This document shows positions 36,885-49,006 of a DNA stretch of 64,000 bases, piece by piece. The stretch comes from Lingula anatina. Its lineage: Eukaryota; Animalia; Brachiopoda. A program made the translations under genes and the position numbers. Numbering within the stretch: the stretch's first letter is position 1; every line of letters starts with the position of its first letter. The notes under the pieces were generated by a model, which did not search any database, was not told the DNA's origin, and saw nothing but the letters and a program-made list of their open reading frames with translations. Where the stretch lies: positions 7,254,001-7,318,000 of the forward strand of contig CM120643.1 in NCBI GenBank assembly GCA_051362555.1, written 5' to 3'.

Positions 36885-38811
36885 TTATTGAGCATTAAAA
36901 TGTGTACAGTTACATTTTACAAGCTCTCTAAACTACAGTTTTACATAAATTGTGCACATAAGCTTAAATAAGTATAACTACTTTAGATCATTCAAATACT
37001 TAAATACATATTAGCTAACTACTTCATACATATAGCTCACAATAGTAAACATATATTATTGAATCGTAGTAAGTAATATTGTCTTATATATTTCAGCTCC
37101 AAAGAATTGCCACCAATCTCGGTGGAGGAGGGTATTGAATCTGTTCACGTCTTGCTTCAGGCGCAGGCCAAGAACATAAATGGTTATTATTATTATTATT
37201 ATTATTATTAAATAAATAAATCAAATAACTTCAGACATTTAGAAATGAGGAAATTGCAGTAGTATTTTTGAAAACGACAGATTTATTATGTTTTTTAAAT
37301 AAGTTTTGATTGTCTCTTTGTCTTAATTGTATAATAATTAAGTAAGCTTTCAGTTTATTATAAGAAAACTTTGTCAAACAGCTGGTAAAACTGTACATGA
37401 AAGCAGTAATTATATGATAGCAGCCAAGAGCTGGTGGATGTAAAGTTACTCTCAACATCTTTTTACAGCTAATAGATTTTAACTGAATTATATTTAAAAA
37501 CCTTTAAAGTGTCATTCTCGTAATTTCAGAATAAAATATACATTTTGTACATTTTGTTTTCCTTTCTTTTCTTAAATGAGGATACTGTTGGGGAGGGGTG
37601 ATCAAAGTTCATGGGAAATAAAATCATCAATTCAAAAATTTACGAGTCACGTGAATGAAGTGCTTCACGGATCACCCTAAATAAATGGTAGCTACAGTGG
37701 AGGAACAGGAAAAGAACTCGAATGTTATTGACGCCGCCAGTAAAATAACCAGAGATCTCCCCTAACTGGATGGTATCTTGGAAGACAGAATGGAGAAAAC
37801 AACAAAAGGAATTATGGACGGGTCCCATCCATTCAGCAAATTCTTTTTTAAAATTCTTACCAAGCAATAGTAGACTTTTAACACACAGGGTCAGTAAATG
37901 GTTTTTTAAGTAGTTTTTGCCTCTCTGCAGTATCTAATATTAATTCTTCTTTTCAGCCTAGGTCATAAATATTATAATGTCCAGTTCTTTATTTAGTTTG
38001 ACCTCTCAAATGAAAACAATTTCTGATATTTATATTTTGATATTCTTATTGGCTAAATAAATTTTTATTTTATTTCACTTGGTGGAAAAAAAAAACAAAG
38101 ATCAACATAAAGTGCCCTATGCTGGACTTCTAGTGGTAGACAGCTGCCATAAGCTTAAAATTTCTTCCCCAAAAAGTAGATGTAAAGAATATACTAGTAC
38201 ATTTCATAAGACAGAAATCGAGCTCATATGTCTCCAAACAAGCCAGGAGTCGAATCCTCATGGCAGGCGACCACTAAACCACGGAAGGATACACCTAAGT
38301 CACAGAGATGCTGAGACTGACCTTGACCCCTCTAACCCCTCCTCCCACTCCCCAATAATACCACCCTGATATTCATACATTTTTCTACAAGTTTGTGTTG
38401 ATGGTTTTTATTTTGAACAAGATGCCGATACAAATTTCAAAAGTGACAATCTGCAGATTTGTTTTAATTTACATATCTGGAGCTCCTGCTACTTACAAAT
38501 GCCTGTGACGAGTTAAATTACTTTCCATGTTCAGCAACACGTAGTATTCTATATTATTAAAGATATTTCAAAATAGAATTAGACACGTACATTCTCTAGG
38601 AAATTGTATATTTTCTTTAATTAGACTTAGGAAATAATCATTACAATGTACAATACAATTCAAATCACGTCTCACACACACAATTCTCAAAAACATATCC
38701 AGGTATATCTTTGAATATTTGATATCTTTATTGTGAACAAGTATGGTTTCCATGTTATTCTTCAGTTGATGTCAAAGACAAAAACTGTGACAGAGGACAT
38801 GAAGGAGAGAG
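33129..38811 (+). CDS. CBM20 (starch/glycogen-binding domain) protein with a C-terminal micro-exon-encoded acidic repeat region; possibly partly pseudogenised
   Basis: Phase-compatible exons 33129-33146, 33417-33465, 33721-33923, 34183-34309 and 34515-34553 give ...KVVGRGTALGGWDPQKGVNL...LPKGSNIEWKFIK...WTWEPEPFRNRCLQV...VTCTWG (CBM20 LGxWD, EWKF, WE..NR). Further exons: 34609-34653?, 34841-34899, 35189-35242, 35613-35660, 35932-35997, 36269-36322, 36544-36593, 38766-38811. The 3' end is uncertain (possible last exon 39232-39311). Confidence 0.8.
35327..35487. mobile_element. hAT-like MITE (CAGGGGC ends) with 5-bp TSD acaaa; same family as 53598-53769
   Basis: Shares ggcc.tcttctgggtcttc.ggaaga.ggtcag with the 53.6 kb copy. 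Confidence 0.7.
36845..37185 (-). mobile_element. LINE 3' end with (TTA)n tail
   Basis: On the - strand, a coding-like remnant is followed by ctcaataaa and (TTA)n. Confidence 0.45.
37640..37985 (+). mobile_element. Rex1/Babar-like LINE 3' fragment (second copy at ~43170-43480)
   Basis: ATVEE..R..VI.TASKII.RDLPQL...D.THPA..LFKFLPS..R is typical of the C-terminus downstream of RT in this clade. Confidence 0.6.
38085..38292 (-). mobile_element. tRNA-derived SINE remnant
   Basis: The - strand has an A-box-like tggtttagtggt and a B-box-like ggattcgactcc. Confidence 0.45.
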
Positions 38812-39598
38812 GTAAAACAGCAGGGTCAATATAATAGGCATCTATTTATTACACTGATGGAATGTGATTGTGCATGTATGCACACATGCACACACACTCC
38901 TTGCGTTGTGCCAACACATTTTACGCTTTTTGCAAGTTCAAAATGATACTTGGCAAATTTCTTTATTCTTAACAGTGGTTAGTGTGTCAATGCAGCTTCA
39001 TACATAAAGATAATGTTGCACTAATGACTTATTGAAGGTTATATATAATTGAATCTCATAATGCCCCCTTTCTGGCCAATTTCAATGAATTAAATGTATT
39101 CAGAAAGTGATGGCAGCATTAATATTTATCCAGTTAACTAGAAGAGCTCTGTATCTACTTTCAAATAATAGTTTTACAATTTCATGTGCTTGATTCAGTC
39201 ACGTAATCCAAAATTTCTTTTTGTTCTTCAGTAATGCAAATCCAAACTCTCCAAAACTCTACATTAATTTCAAGGATACAATGCCATCTCATCCCTGTTA
39301 AATACCAGTGAACTGCAAACAAATACCTGGGTTTTTGGTATCAAAAATGCAACACAAAGCAACCCAAAAAGAATGTTAAAACTCTAAACAGATTAAGATA
39401 CATTCTTTTCTTGTAGGCAATATTTATAAGGCCTTATTTGCATTTAAACTATATAATGTACCATAAAGTCCATTTCTTTAATACTCAGGAGTAAGAATTA
39501 CTCAATAATAGTGTTTGTAAAAGCAGAAACTAGTAGGTAAATACTTAATGGTTTAACATTTTAAAGACTAAAAAATGTAAGACAAAATAGACACCTTA

Positions 39599-42242
39599 TT
39601 ATCTGTTGTTAAAATAATGAACATATGCTTCCCTTATGGCTTTGGCATCGTACTGTCTCATGTCATGTCCTGGTTGGTATCCGTTATGATTTCGATCTTC
39701 CTCCACCAAGTCCATCCACTCCTGGTCAAAGCCTTCATTGTGAACCACGACAACATTATGCAGTGTTAAGCATGCCAGGATGAGCACTGGCACAAATTCA
39801 GTTTCAAAATCTAGCCTGTGTTGAAGTATCTGCCATTTCCCTTTACATCTACCCAAACATCCCTCAATGCACATTCTTCCTCGAGTGTGGCAATAGTTGA
39901 AGTTCTTTTGAGCTTGAGTAAGTACATCAAAGTCTGAAAATGCTTTTAACAGCCAAGGTTTGCGGGGATAGGCAGGGTCACCTATAATCAAAATGGGCAC
40001 TTCTACTCCATTTATCAGTCGACTTGACGGGGGGAATAAAGTCCCACTTTCTGCCTTTTGAAAGATGCTCGACTGTGCTAGTACTTGTGCATCTTGCACT
40101 TGTCCTGGCCAGCCGGATACCACATGCAAGACTCTTAGTTCATGATCACATATCACCTGTAACGGAAAGTTGAAAAAATATACAAAATGTGACAAAACTA
40201 AAATAATATTATAATAAATGCTGTTTCTACAATCTAGTGAAAAAAAAGCCACATATAAATTAGAGCTGAACTCAACCTCCCAACATTTGAACACATTCCA
40301 AGACTATGAGGTTCTAATAACACAACTTAGCACCACCAAAAAGTGTTGTAAAGTAATGAGGATATTTTTCATGTGTATTTGTAAGAGGGGTGGGAGTGGA
40401 ATAGGTGTAACTGTACTTATTGGACACCTTTTGGCTATTAAAGGACCAAGGATCCTAGAGAGAATCATGCACGCTGTATATTTATTCTCCTTTACCTGAC
40501 TAACAATGGAATAAAAACATTTCCTGTTGTAGTAATCAGTCTTGTTTTGGCTTGGAGCAATAATGGGCACGTGTGTTCCATCAATAGCGCCTGCACATTG
40601 TGGAACACCCCATTTGGCCTCAAATCCCTCCACAATATTTTGTAGTCTTCTCCCAGTGGGCATCTGAATGAACTTAGGAGAAAGATGGGTGGCTATGGCC
40701 TGCAGAGTTTCTTGGAAAATGGTGCAGGCTAAAGATATCTCAATTCCAAACAAATGCCCAATGCTTCTGTATTCCATACCAGAGCCACATATCCACAGAG
40801 TCACTGCAACCCTGAGTTCTACTGAATAACACCTACAAAAAGCATAAATTTGAGCTGTTATTGCAAAATATTAATACATAATGGCAATTCCACAGTCTTG
40901 GTTATGAATATAAAAATACTTTGCCTTACAATTTTCAATAACGACAGCAATTATCCATGATATTTTCCCACATTAGTTGTATTACTGTTTAATGTTACAG
41001 ACATTTTTATGAATAATCTCCAACTTGGGAATTGCAAAATTTTGTAAACAAAAAATTTGGAACTTGATTTTGCACAAATGCAAAATCGGTCATATGTTTT
41101 TCATACAACAGTAACGTTACATGACTGTATAATTGCATGCTATTTGTCATTAGCCTTTAGATCAACAAGAAGACACCACAGTAATTTTTTTTTTTTTTTT
41201 TTTTTGCAAACATGAGCAATCATATACATGCATTCCTCCTCTTTATATTATGCCACAAGAATGTGCTGCCACTTACTTTCTGTGGGAGTTTTTCTCCAGA
41301 AAAGGTCTAAGTTTATGGCAAAGATACTGGAATGTTGCTCTTTTCATACAAAAATTTTCCATCCAATCTCCATCCGTAAAAGTCCGATTCACAATATGTT
41401 CCCACCAGTGGCTTGATCTAAAATGTAAATTTTGAATTTTATGTCAAGAAAAACAAACCCAGTTTTTTACGATACAGACAACACCTTTAGACGTTCATTC
41501 ATCGAGGTAAAGAAATTTTAATTACCTATAAAAATATTTTAACTGTGCAAAATAAGACAAAAGTAAATACTAAATGTGATAATAATGTGCAAAAAATAAT
41601 AAATGTGAAAAGTATGAAAATCTTAAGTCTGGAAAGTGATCCACCAGGGGTATTGGCATGAAGTGATTTAAATGTACCTGTGCTAACATACAGTGGACAG
41701 TAGCAGTTATTTAAAATACACCTATTTTAAATACATTCTAGTTAATTAAAAATCTGGGTCCCGTACCTCGAAAAGCATCGCGTATTGCGAATAGCGATAT
41801 CACACAGGCTACAGTATTCTGGGTCGAGCATGTAATGGGCGAATTATGGAATCGAGACTCAGACGTTTGGTTTCACTTTTTTTGATTCTAGTTTTTGAAG
41901 CAAATTTTATTCGCTCACCAAAACAAATCAAATGACGCATGTCACCTACTTTTCTTTCATCCAAACAGTTCGATCAGGCGTGGGGAACAAGGCAAACATC
42001 AGCATAAGAACGAACTGCGCCCTCTGACGAGACTGCATACGCAAAAATTCTGCCATCCTCCTCCTCCATCTACTGGGGCTGGGTATCTCCGTGAACATCT
42101 CCGTGAATATCTCTGGTGACATTATCTCCGTAGATAGCCGATTCATTGCTGCTCTACGGGCCAATTCATTCCTTTTTCGTCTCTGTTTTGAAAGATAATA
42201 GAACAGAAGAGCTTTTTTCCTTCGATCGCCTCCAGCCGCCAT
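39599..42242 (-). CDS. PIF/Harbinger DDE transposase (HARBI1/ALP1-like), 4 exons, open 442-aa frame
   Basis: Exons 42242-41950, 41417-41277, 40832-40496 and 40156-39599 join in phase (1329 nt). Motifs WWE..., NF(C)M, YRSIGHLFGI, GAIDGTH, YYNRK, GWPG, IGDPAYP, RMCIEGCLG and LHN; the D-D-E triad is present. Confidence 0.9.
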
Positions 42243-42614
42243 GCTTTCTTCACCTCGAGTTTGTTTGATGAGCATGCGCACTTAATATTTCTCAGGTAGC
42301 TTCCGCATGGCGAATAGAACCGAGATTTAATGACTGTACCCCCGCTGGGACGACGCGTGGGGATTCGTGTGAAAGGTGGAGAGACTATTAAAAGATTAGG
42401 CGGTTTTTCTTTCATGTACGTCCGCCATATTTAGTTCGTGGATTTGTAGAACTATGGCTCAACTCGTTGACTGCATTCTCAACGATTGAGCCAGGCTTTA
42501 CAAATCCTGAGAATGAATCGACTATCTGCGGAGATAATATCACCAGAGATATTCACGGATATGTTCGGAGCCGAGATTTAATTACTGTACTCCGCAGGGA
42601 CGACGTGTGGGGGG

Positions 42615-42790
42615 GGGGGGGCGTCTCGATAGTCCGAAGGTTCATTGGTCCGAAGGTTCATTGGTCCGAAAAGTGGTAACATTTTTATCGATTTTTTAAT
42701 CAAGGGTTCATTGGTCCGAAGGTTCTATAGTGAACATTCGGACCAATGAACCTTCGGACTATTGAACCTTCGGACTATCGCTACGGCCCC
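42615..42790. mobile_element. Palindromic MITE (gtccgaaggttcattg repeats) with 8-9 bp TSD cgtgtggg(g)
   Basis: Inverted arms cgatagtccgaaggttcattggtccgaa / ttcggaccaatgaaccttcggactatcg; the empty paralogous site is at ~42352-42363. Confidence 0.85.
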
Positions 42791-43169
42791 CGTGTGGGGA
42801 GGTGTGTGAGAGGCGGAGAGACTATTAAAAGATTAGGCGGTTTTTCTTTCATGTACGTCCGCCATTTTTAGTTTTCAGGATTTGTAAAGCCTGACTCAAT
42901 TCGTTGTGAATGCGGTCATACTCACACATAGTAGACCTACCCTACCATACGGTGCAATTACTGATAACTTCACTTTCGGTTTTATATTCCAGTATGTTCA
43001 TGTTTAAATACAGTAGATATATAGTTCAAACTCCTAGGAATTTACATGAAAACTAAACTTGCTTTAGACAAAAACGGCTTTCTAGATCACTGGCAACTTT
43101 TACAGATAATGAGCCCGATTAACTTGTTTTAATTGACTTTTATACGTGTAATATTGAGAGTATTTAACG

Positions 43170-43480
43170 TTTTATTCATCTGTTGGCTACAGTGGAGGAA
43201 CGAGGAAAACGCCCCAACGTCATTAACACTGCAAGTAAAATAATTAGAAGAGATCTCCCCCAACTGGATGGTATCATCAAAGACAATGGAGAAAACAACA
43301 AAACGAATTATGGGGATCCCACCCATCCAGCAAGCTCTCTTTTTAAATTCTTACCCAGTAATAGTAGACTGTTGACTTTAAAGGACAGTAAACGGTTTTA
43401 AGTAGTTTTTTTTCTCTACAGTATTTAATATTAATTCCACTTTTAGGCTAAATTCATAAATATTTTAATGGCCAGTGTTT
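43170..43480 (+). mobile_element. Rex1/Babar-like LINE 3' fragment
   Basis: Homologous to 37680-37985; ORF 43183-43401 shows the same motifs. Confidence 0.6.
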
Positions 43481-43491
43481 TAGTTTAGAAT

Positions 43492-44057
43492 ATCGGCACA
43501 TGAGTCAATAAAATACCAAACAACTTTTATGGAAAATAAACTGAAATTAAATCTGGAGACTCCTTTATCTATTAGCATTTCGAATTTACATTACATCTCG
43601 GCACGTTCGTCTTCATCACCATCATACTTCCGTCGCAGTCCGAAGCGCGAAGTTCAAACAGTGCACATCAAAACCATAAATAGGGGTCCTTACGTAGGAA
43701 ACATTGCGCTAGAGGACGGGTTTTATTAAGGCATTTTTGTTAGCGGTATTGTCACTAATTTAGAGAATCGTGAACAAATCTGGATGACTCTATCTATAAA
43801 AAAGCAATTGTTACCTAAAAATCATATACAAGAAAAAATAATGAAAAGAACGAAGGCAGAATTATTTTTAAATTAAAAATGAAATCTGAACAACAAATAC
43901 AGCTTCAAGCAAATCAAATTGAATATAAAAAATCAAACTCATGATTTTGACTTATGCATTACATTACAATTTATTTTAAAACAATATCGGTACCTTGTCA
44001 ATGTATGGCAGGACTGCGTGAAAACGACATACACGTACCCTCCCCTACACATACATT

Positions 44058-44111
<54 letters not shown>

Positions 44112-45815
44112 GGGCGCGATTATGGGGGGGGGGGGAGCCAAGTAAATCAAATGCCTTTTCCCCGTATAAAATACAACGTATATAATACCACAGACTTCGG
44201 TCGAATGATGTAGCTGTGGGCATGAACCCAAAATATGATATAGCACTATCAACAATGAAATGTATTTTCTTAAAAAAAGAACTGTCACATTAGGATTAAC
44301 CCAGCCCCCCCCCCCCCCCCCCCCCCCCCCCCACCACCACCACCAATACGCCCCCTTTCTATTGATACTAACTTGACACGATGAAGATAGGCTATAGTGA
44401 AGAGGTTAGTGTCAAGTTATCTCTGAAGCTCAGGGTGGCGTGTGTAGGAGTGTGAAAACTATGTGAAAGTAGGTCAAAAGTTCACGGATAGGATATGCCA
44501 TGTAAAAGGTTCTGAGGGGAGTTCGGTCATCTCCTTTTGCTTTTTTTTCTGCCAATTTTGAGAAGAAATATCAGTGTCTTTCATTCCACTTAGTAAATAT
44601 AAATGCAGATAAGCCAATTTTCTTTCATTTATAATTTGTCAGATGTAATAAAATACAACATTTCCTTAAAAACCTTTACCCCCTTTTGTGAATGCAATGC
44701 ATCGTCTGCAGAGCTCAGCGTCTGCCACCACGCTGGATGATTCTCGCTTCCCGGGAGCTGAACAGTTAATGCGGTCTGAAAAATTTTAGGGAGAGTCAGA
44801 TGAAATAGAGAGGGACCGTGGCATCTACAAAGTTTTACATGGTGTAGCTGGAGTTATGGGCTAGTTTTACTCATTTATTTAAAAATTCGCAATATATTCT
44901 ATCTTTCAGTAAATATATGATACCAAAATATATTTCTGGCATCTTGATACATTTTCCCCTTCTGTCTCCCCCTAAAATGGTCCACACTAAAAAATCAATA
45001 ATCGTGTGGCAATTTTACACAGGCAATTGACCTACTTTTATGCCCATGCCGCTATCGACGAGTTTTATGGCTGTGGGGTGAAGACGTTATACATGTCTGT
45101 GATATAAAAGTTATTTCTAATTACATTGTTTACAAACTGTGCGTGTGGATCAAAAGCGTTCCGATTTTTGAGCAAAAGGGGAAATTACTTTTTGAAAACA
45201 ATGAAAAAATTGGAGATAGGTCAAAGTCAGAAAAAAATGCATTTTTTCTCTTATATGCAAATTAGCCCCCCTGAAGTAATATATGACTTGCCGGAAGTGA
45301 TGTTCACATCAGAGATTTGTAATGGTGATGATCTTGATGACTTTGATGATCTTAATGGTGATTAGAAAAATCTTACCAAAGTTTTCAGTTGTCGTCTGGC
45401 GAGAAAGAAATTTTCTGCAATAACACAATCATTCCACGAGCGAAGAATATATATTGCACCCGCCTCAGAGATGCGCTGCAGACGTCACGGCTTTTGGATG
45501 GAAATCGCACGCGGTCTATATTAGGTTATAATTATAATATATAGGTTTAAAAAAAACTGCATGTCTAATGCTTCCAAGTGAGTGAAAATGAATAGCGGCA
45601 AACCATTACATTTTGAATGCATTTCTAATTATTTGTGTTCGACAAGGGTGAATTTAATTAAGGATTTTTTCTCTCGCTCTTGCTCTTTTTTTTCAGCGAA
45701 TATTAAGGAGAAGCCGAGTGAAAAAATAATAACCATAACAATCAAAATATTCAGAAGTAAGAAGATTGTTGGTCACTACGGTTCCCCCACAGGAATATTT
45801 CAAGACAACTTGTAA
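43492..45815 (+). repeat. Copy 2 of the dispersed duplication (copy 1 at 16924-19750)
   Basis: Colinear with copy 1 but lacks its MITE and retroposon insertions. Confidence 0.9.
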
Positions 45816-46656
45816 TCGTATAAATTGATAATCATCAAATAACGCGCTCCTTAATTATGTTCTTGATGCACAAATAAATTACGCTCGAACTGAATACCGC
45901 CTTGACTTGTGTCAGAATTACCTTTTTCATAAAACATTAAGTTCTTCTCTTACTCTCTAAATGCGGAAAATAGACCTAAATCTAGGTTGTGAAAAAACTG
46001 AACTTTGTTTGGCAGCCTATGTCAAGTTGGAAGCATTTGTTTATTCTGCTTATTTTGAGAAAGGGGTAACATTTTCCATTTCGCATTTAGTGAAAGTAAA
46101 ACTCAAAGATCTCTATTTCCTTCCCTGCACCACATATTTCAAAATTTAAAATAAAACAAGAAAAGTTGAAAATGGAGTAAACTTTGAGTTAAGGTACCTA
46201 TATGTAATACCCGTGAAAAGTCAGAATTGTATAAGGCTTTCACTTTTAAGATTACGATTTTTCTATTAATTTCAGAATGTGAATAAGCTTTTATTATTTT
46301 CCTGTAAAGCTCTCTTTTGGAAAAACGGAAGGAAAAGTCTTGAAATTGTCTTATTTGATGTAAAAGTTTCTTATCTATAGCTGAATGTAAATAAACATTA
46401 TGTTAATTCTAAGTCACCGCTGTAATCATATCTACTTCGAAAATACCCTTCTCATGTGGAAAGAGGTGTGACGCTTATTTCCCAAAAATCGAATTCTCTA
46501 AGTCATGGACAAAATTACGATTGTGACTGACGTTTATTTATCTGCAAATCAAGCCGGTGACAGGAATGGTAGTCGTAGGAATGTTAGTCCGGGATCCCAT
46601 ATGATAAGTACAGATTAGGGTTAGTCAGAGTTAGTTGGGGTTAGTACATGGGACGC

Positions 46657-46858
46657 AGGGGCAGATCCAGGATTATTTGAAGGTGGGAAGCCGACTCCCC
46701 CCCCCCCCCCCTTTGGCGTGGGTTCAGGGGCCTGCTGAAGGGCGTGAAAAAATTGGTATTTTAGAGGGCGAACAGTGGCATTTGGTTGGGTTTAGAACTA
46801 TGATTCAGCTAATCAAAATTCTAATTTCAGGAGCCCCCCCCAGCTAAATCTGCCACTG
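46657..46858. mobile_element. CAGGGGC(A/G)GATCCAGG MITE (related copy at 53251-~53500)
   Basis: TIRs caggggcagat / atctgccactg; shared internal ctttggcgtgggttc.ggggcctgctgaag. Confidence 0.65.
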
Positions 46859-48099
46859 CACAGGATATCTAGAGGATATCTATGGTTTTTTTTTTTTTTT
46901 TTGTATTTATTTCATTTAAATTATCCATTCATTAGAGTATCGTGTTTCTTTCTTTTTTTGATAATAGCTAGTGGCATGAAAAGTGAAAAAAAAGGTATCC
47001 AGTACGGCTAGTTGAAGGAGCTTCAGGTCAGGTCTTTTATATATTCTTTACCAGTACTTACTCTATAGAATATGAATTTGTAAATTATAAAATTATACAT
47101 GCCATTTCAAAAAAATGTATATATGAGTCACCATTGAGAAAGGAAAATGCCGTAGATAATTGCTACATAAGTCAGGTGAAGATATGACTTTTGATTTCCA
47201 GTTAATGTGAACAGTGATCTTGGTCACTGATCTAAACATGTTTATGACATAATTTTTTCTAATTGAAATGCAATAAAGTACTGTAAAAGACTAGAAATTG
47301 TATTGTTGTAATAAAAAAATGCAGATACCTTACAGAGGGCAACAGATGGGAATAGATTTTGATTATACTGTATGAAATAAAAAGTCTGATGAAGAGGTGT
47401 TAGGATAGGACTTTTTTTTTTTTTTTGAATGAATGTTTAAGTTGATGGTTGATATAACATAATCACGTATAAAGTATAGAATCTATTTCAGTCTGTTTAT
47501 TAAATTGTTTAACCAACTGGGTTTTTCTAGGATTTCAATAGCTTGACTACTTTTTTAAAATGAAAGATTGGTTTTATTCAAATTCGAAATATCTCAAACT
47601 TAAACAAGCATTATTTGCCATGATTATCCATGAAACTTTGTCTTCTTTGACAAACTTGTATTCTACTATTTAAAACTTGAGCACGAGGCTCAGTAAAAAA
47701 AAAGAAAATTCAGAAAATACTCAAGGCATATTTTATTATCACAGATCATTGAAGTTATTTTTAAAAAATGTCTATTTAAAAGTGAATGAGATCATTAATG
47801 GCAGTATTTATTAATAAAAAAAGGAGATTCTGGTCACGTTTTTTGCACTGGTGCAATGTATTAAATAGTAAGGCAGTAAGTATGTTCATCTATATAAAAA
47901 CACTTCTGATCCATAAGAAATTTCAATACAAAATATTTCTATGATTTTAAATCTTTTTTTTTTAATCATAAACATGGCATAGTTCTGCAATGGGGGTATG
48001 AGGCTTCCATGAGTCTCTGTTTGATAAAAGTTCTTGCTCTATTTCTGGAATTATATCACTTAGTAAAAGGTTCCACTGGCAACAGAGCATTGAGTTTTT

Positions 48100-48975
48100 T
48101 TAGAACTTAACAAGCTGTGTCTTCTCCTGCCTATGAGCATCTTCTCCAGCCTCATTAGCTGAGAAAAGTAGGCAGTAACCATACACACAAACTGCCTTCA
48201 GTGTCTGGAACACCAATAAGTCCTCCACCAGTGCCACTCCTACCAGAGCAGCCCAGTTGTACACAGCACTGTCACTCAGCTCTCCGCCATACACAATGCT
48301 GAGATATACTGCCATAGCCATGGAGACGCCTAGCAAAATGAATGCTGGATAGATCAAAAAGTGGGGCAACTTTCCGTCCTGCTTTCTGTTGACCATCATC
48401 TCCAGTGACTTCAGCTCAGTGTATGGCACCTCATCTGATGGTTCTGGAACATTTTGTGTGGAAATGAATTATTGCCAAAAGTATGTGGAAGTTTAACTAA
48501 AAAATGATGCCGGCTAATATTACCCCTGTTTAACATCACAATCACTGTTTTAATTATAATAAGGGCAAGGAAGCTTATGTTGGAATCAATGCTCTAAATA
48601 TCTTCAAAATGTAAGCTGAAGCTGGATAACATGAAAATGCATTATCCTTTTTTTATATATTCATTCTTTTTTAAAATAATTTACTGAAATGACAGACATT
48701 GATGATACCAAAATGGACAATTACCTTCCCAAATATTAACTGCTACATCATGTGCATTGTCTTTCCTCTTGCTGTTGTCTAAAATTGCATTAAACAAGGG
48801 AAATATAAAGGGAAATATAAAAAGTTATTTGTTTGAGCCATATATTGCTACTGTTGTACATAAATTAGGAAACAGTAAATCAAAATTTTAGGATGTTACA
48901 TCTGTTCTACGCTATCAAAAAGGATTAAAAAACATCATCATATAGACATGTCTACAGCATAATATAATGGCATAC

Positions 48976-49006
<31 letters not shown>

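Noticed and set aside
3819-42918. One giant Harbinger element spanning the Myb ORF and the transposase
   Set aside because: The putative ends (gggccccatttcat versus gtgaatgcggtc) are not inverted repeats of each other, and 35 kb of unrelated sequence intervenes.
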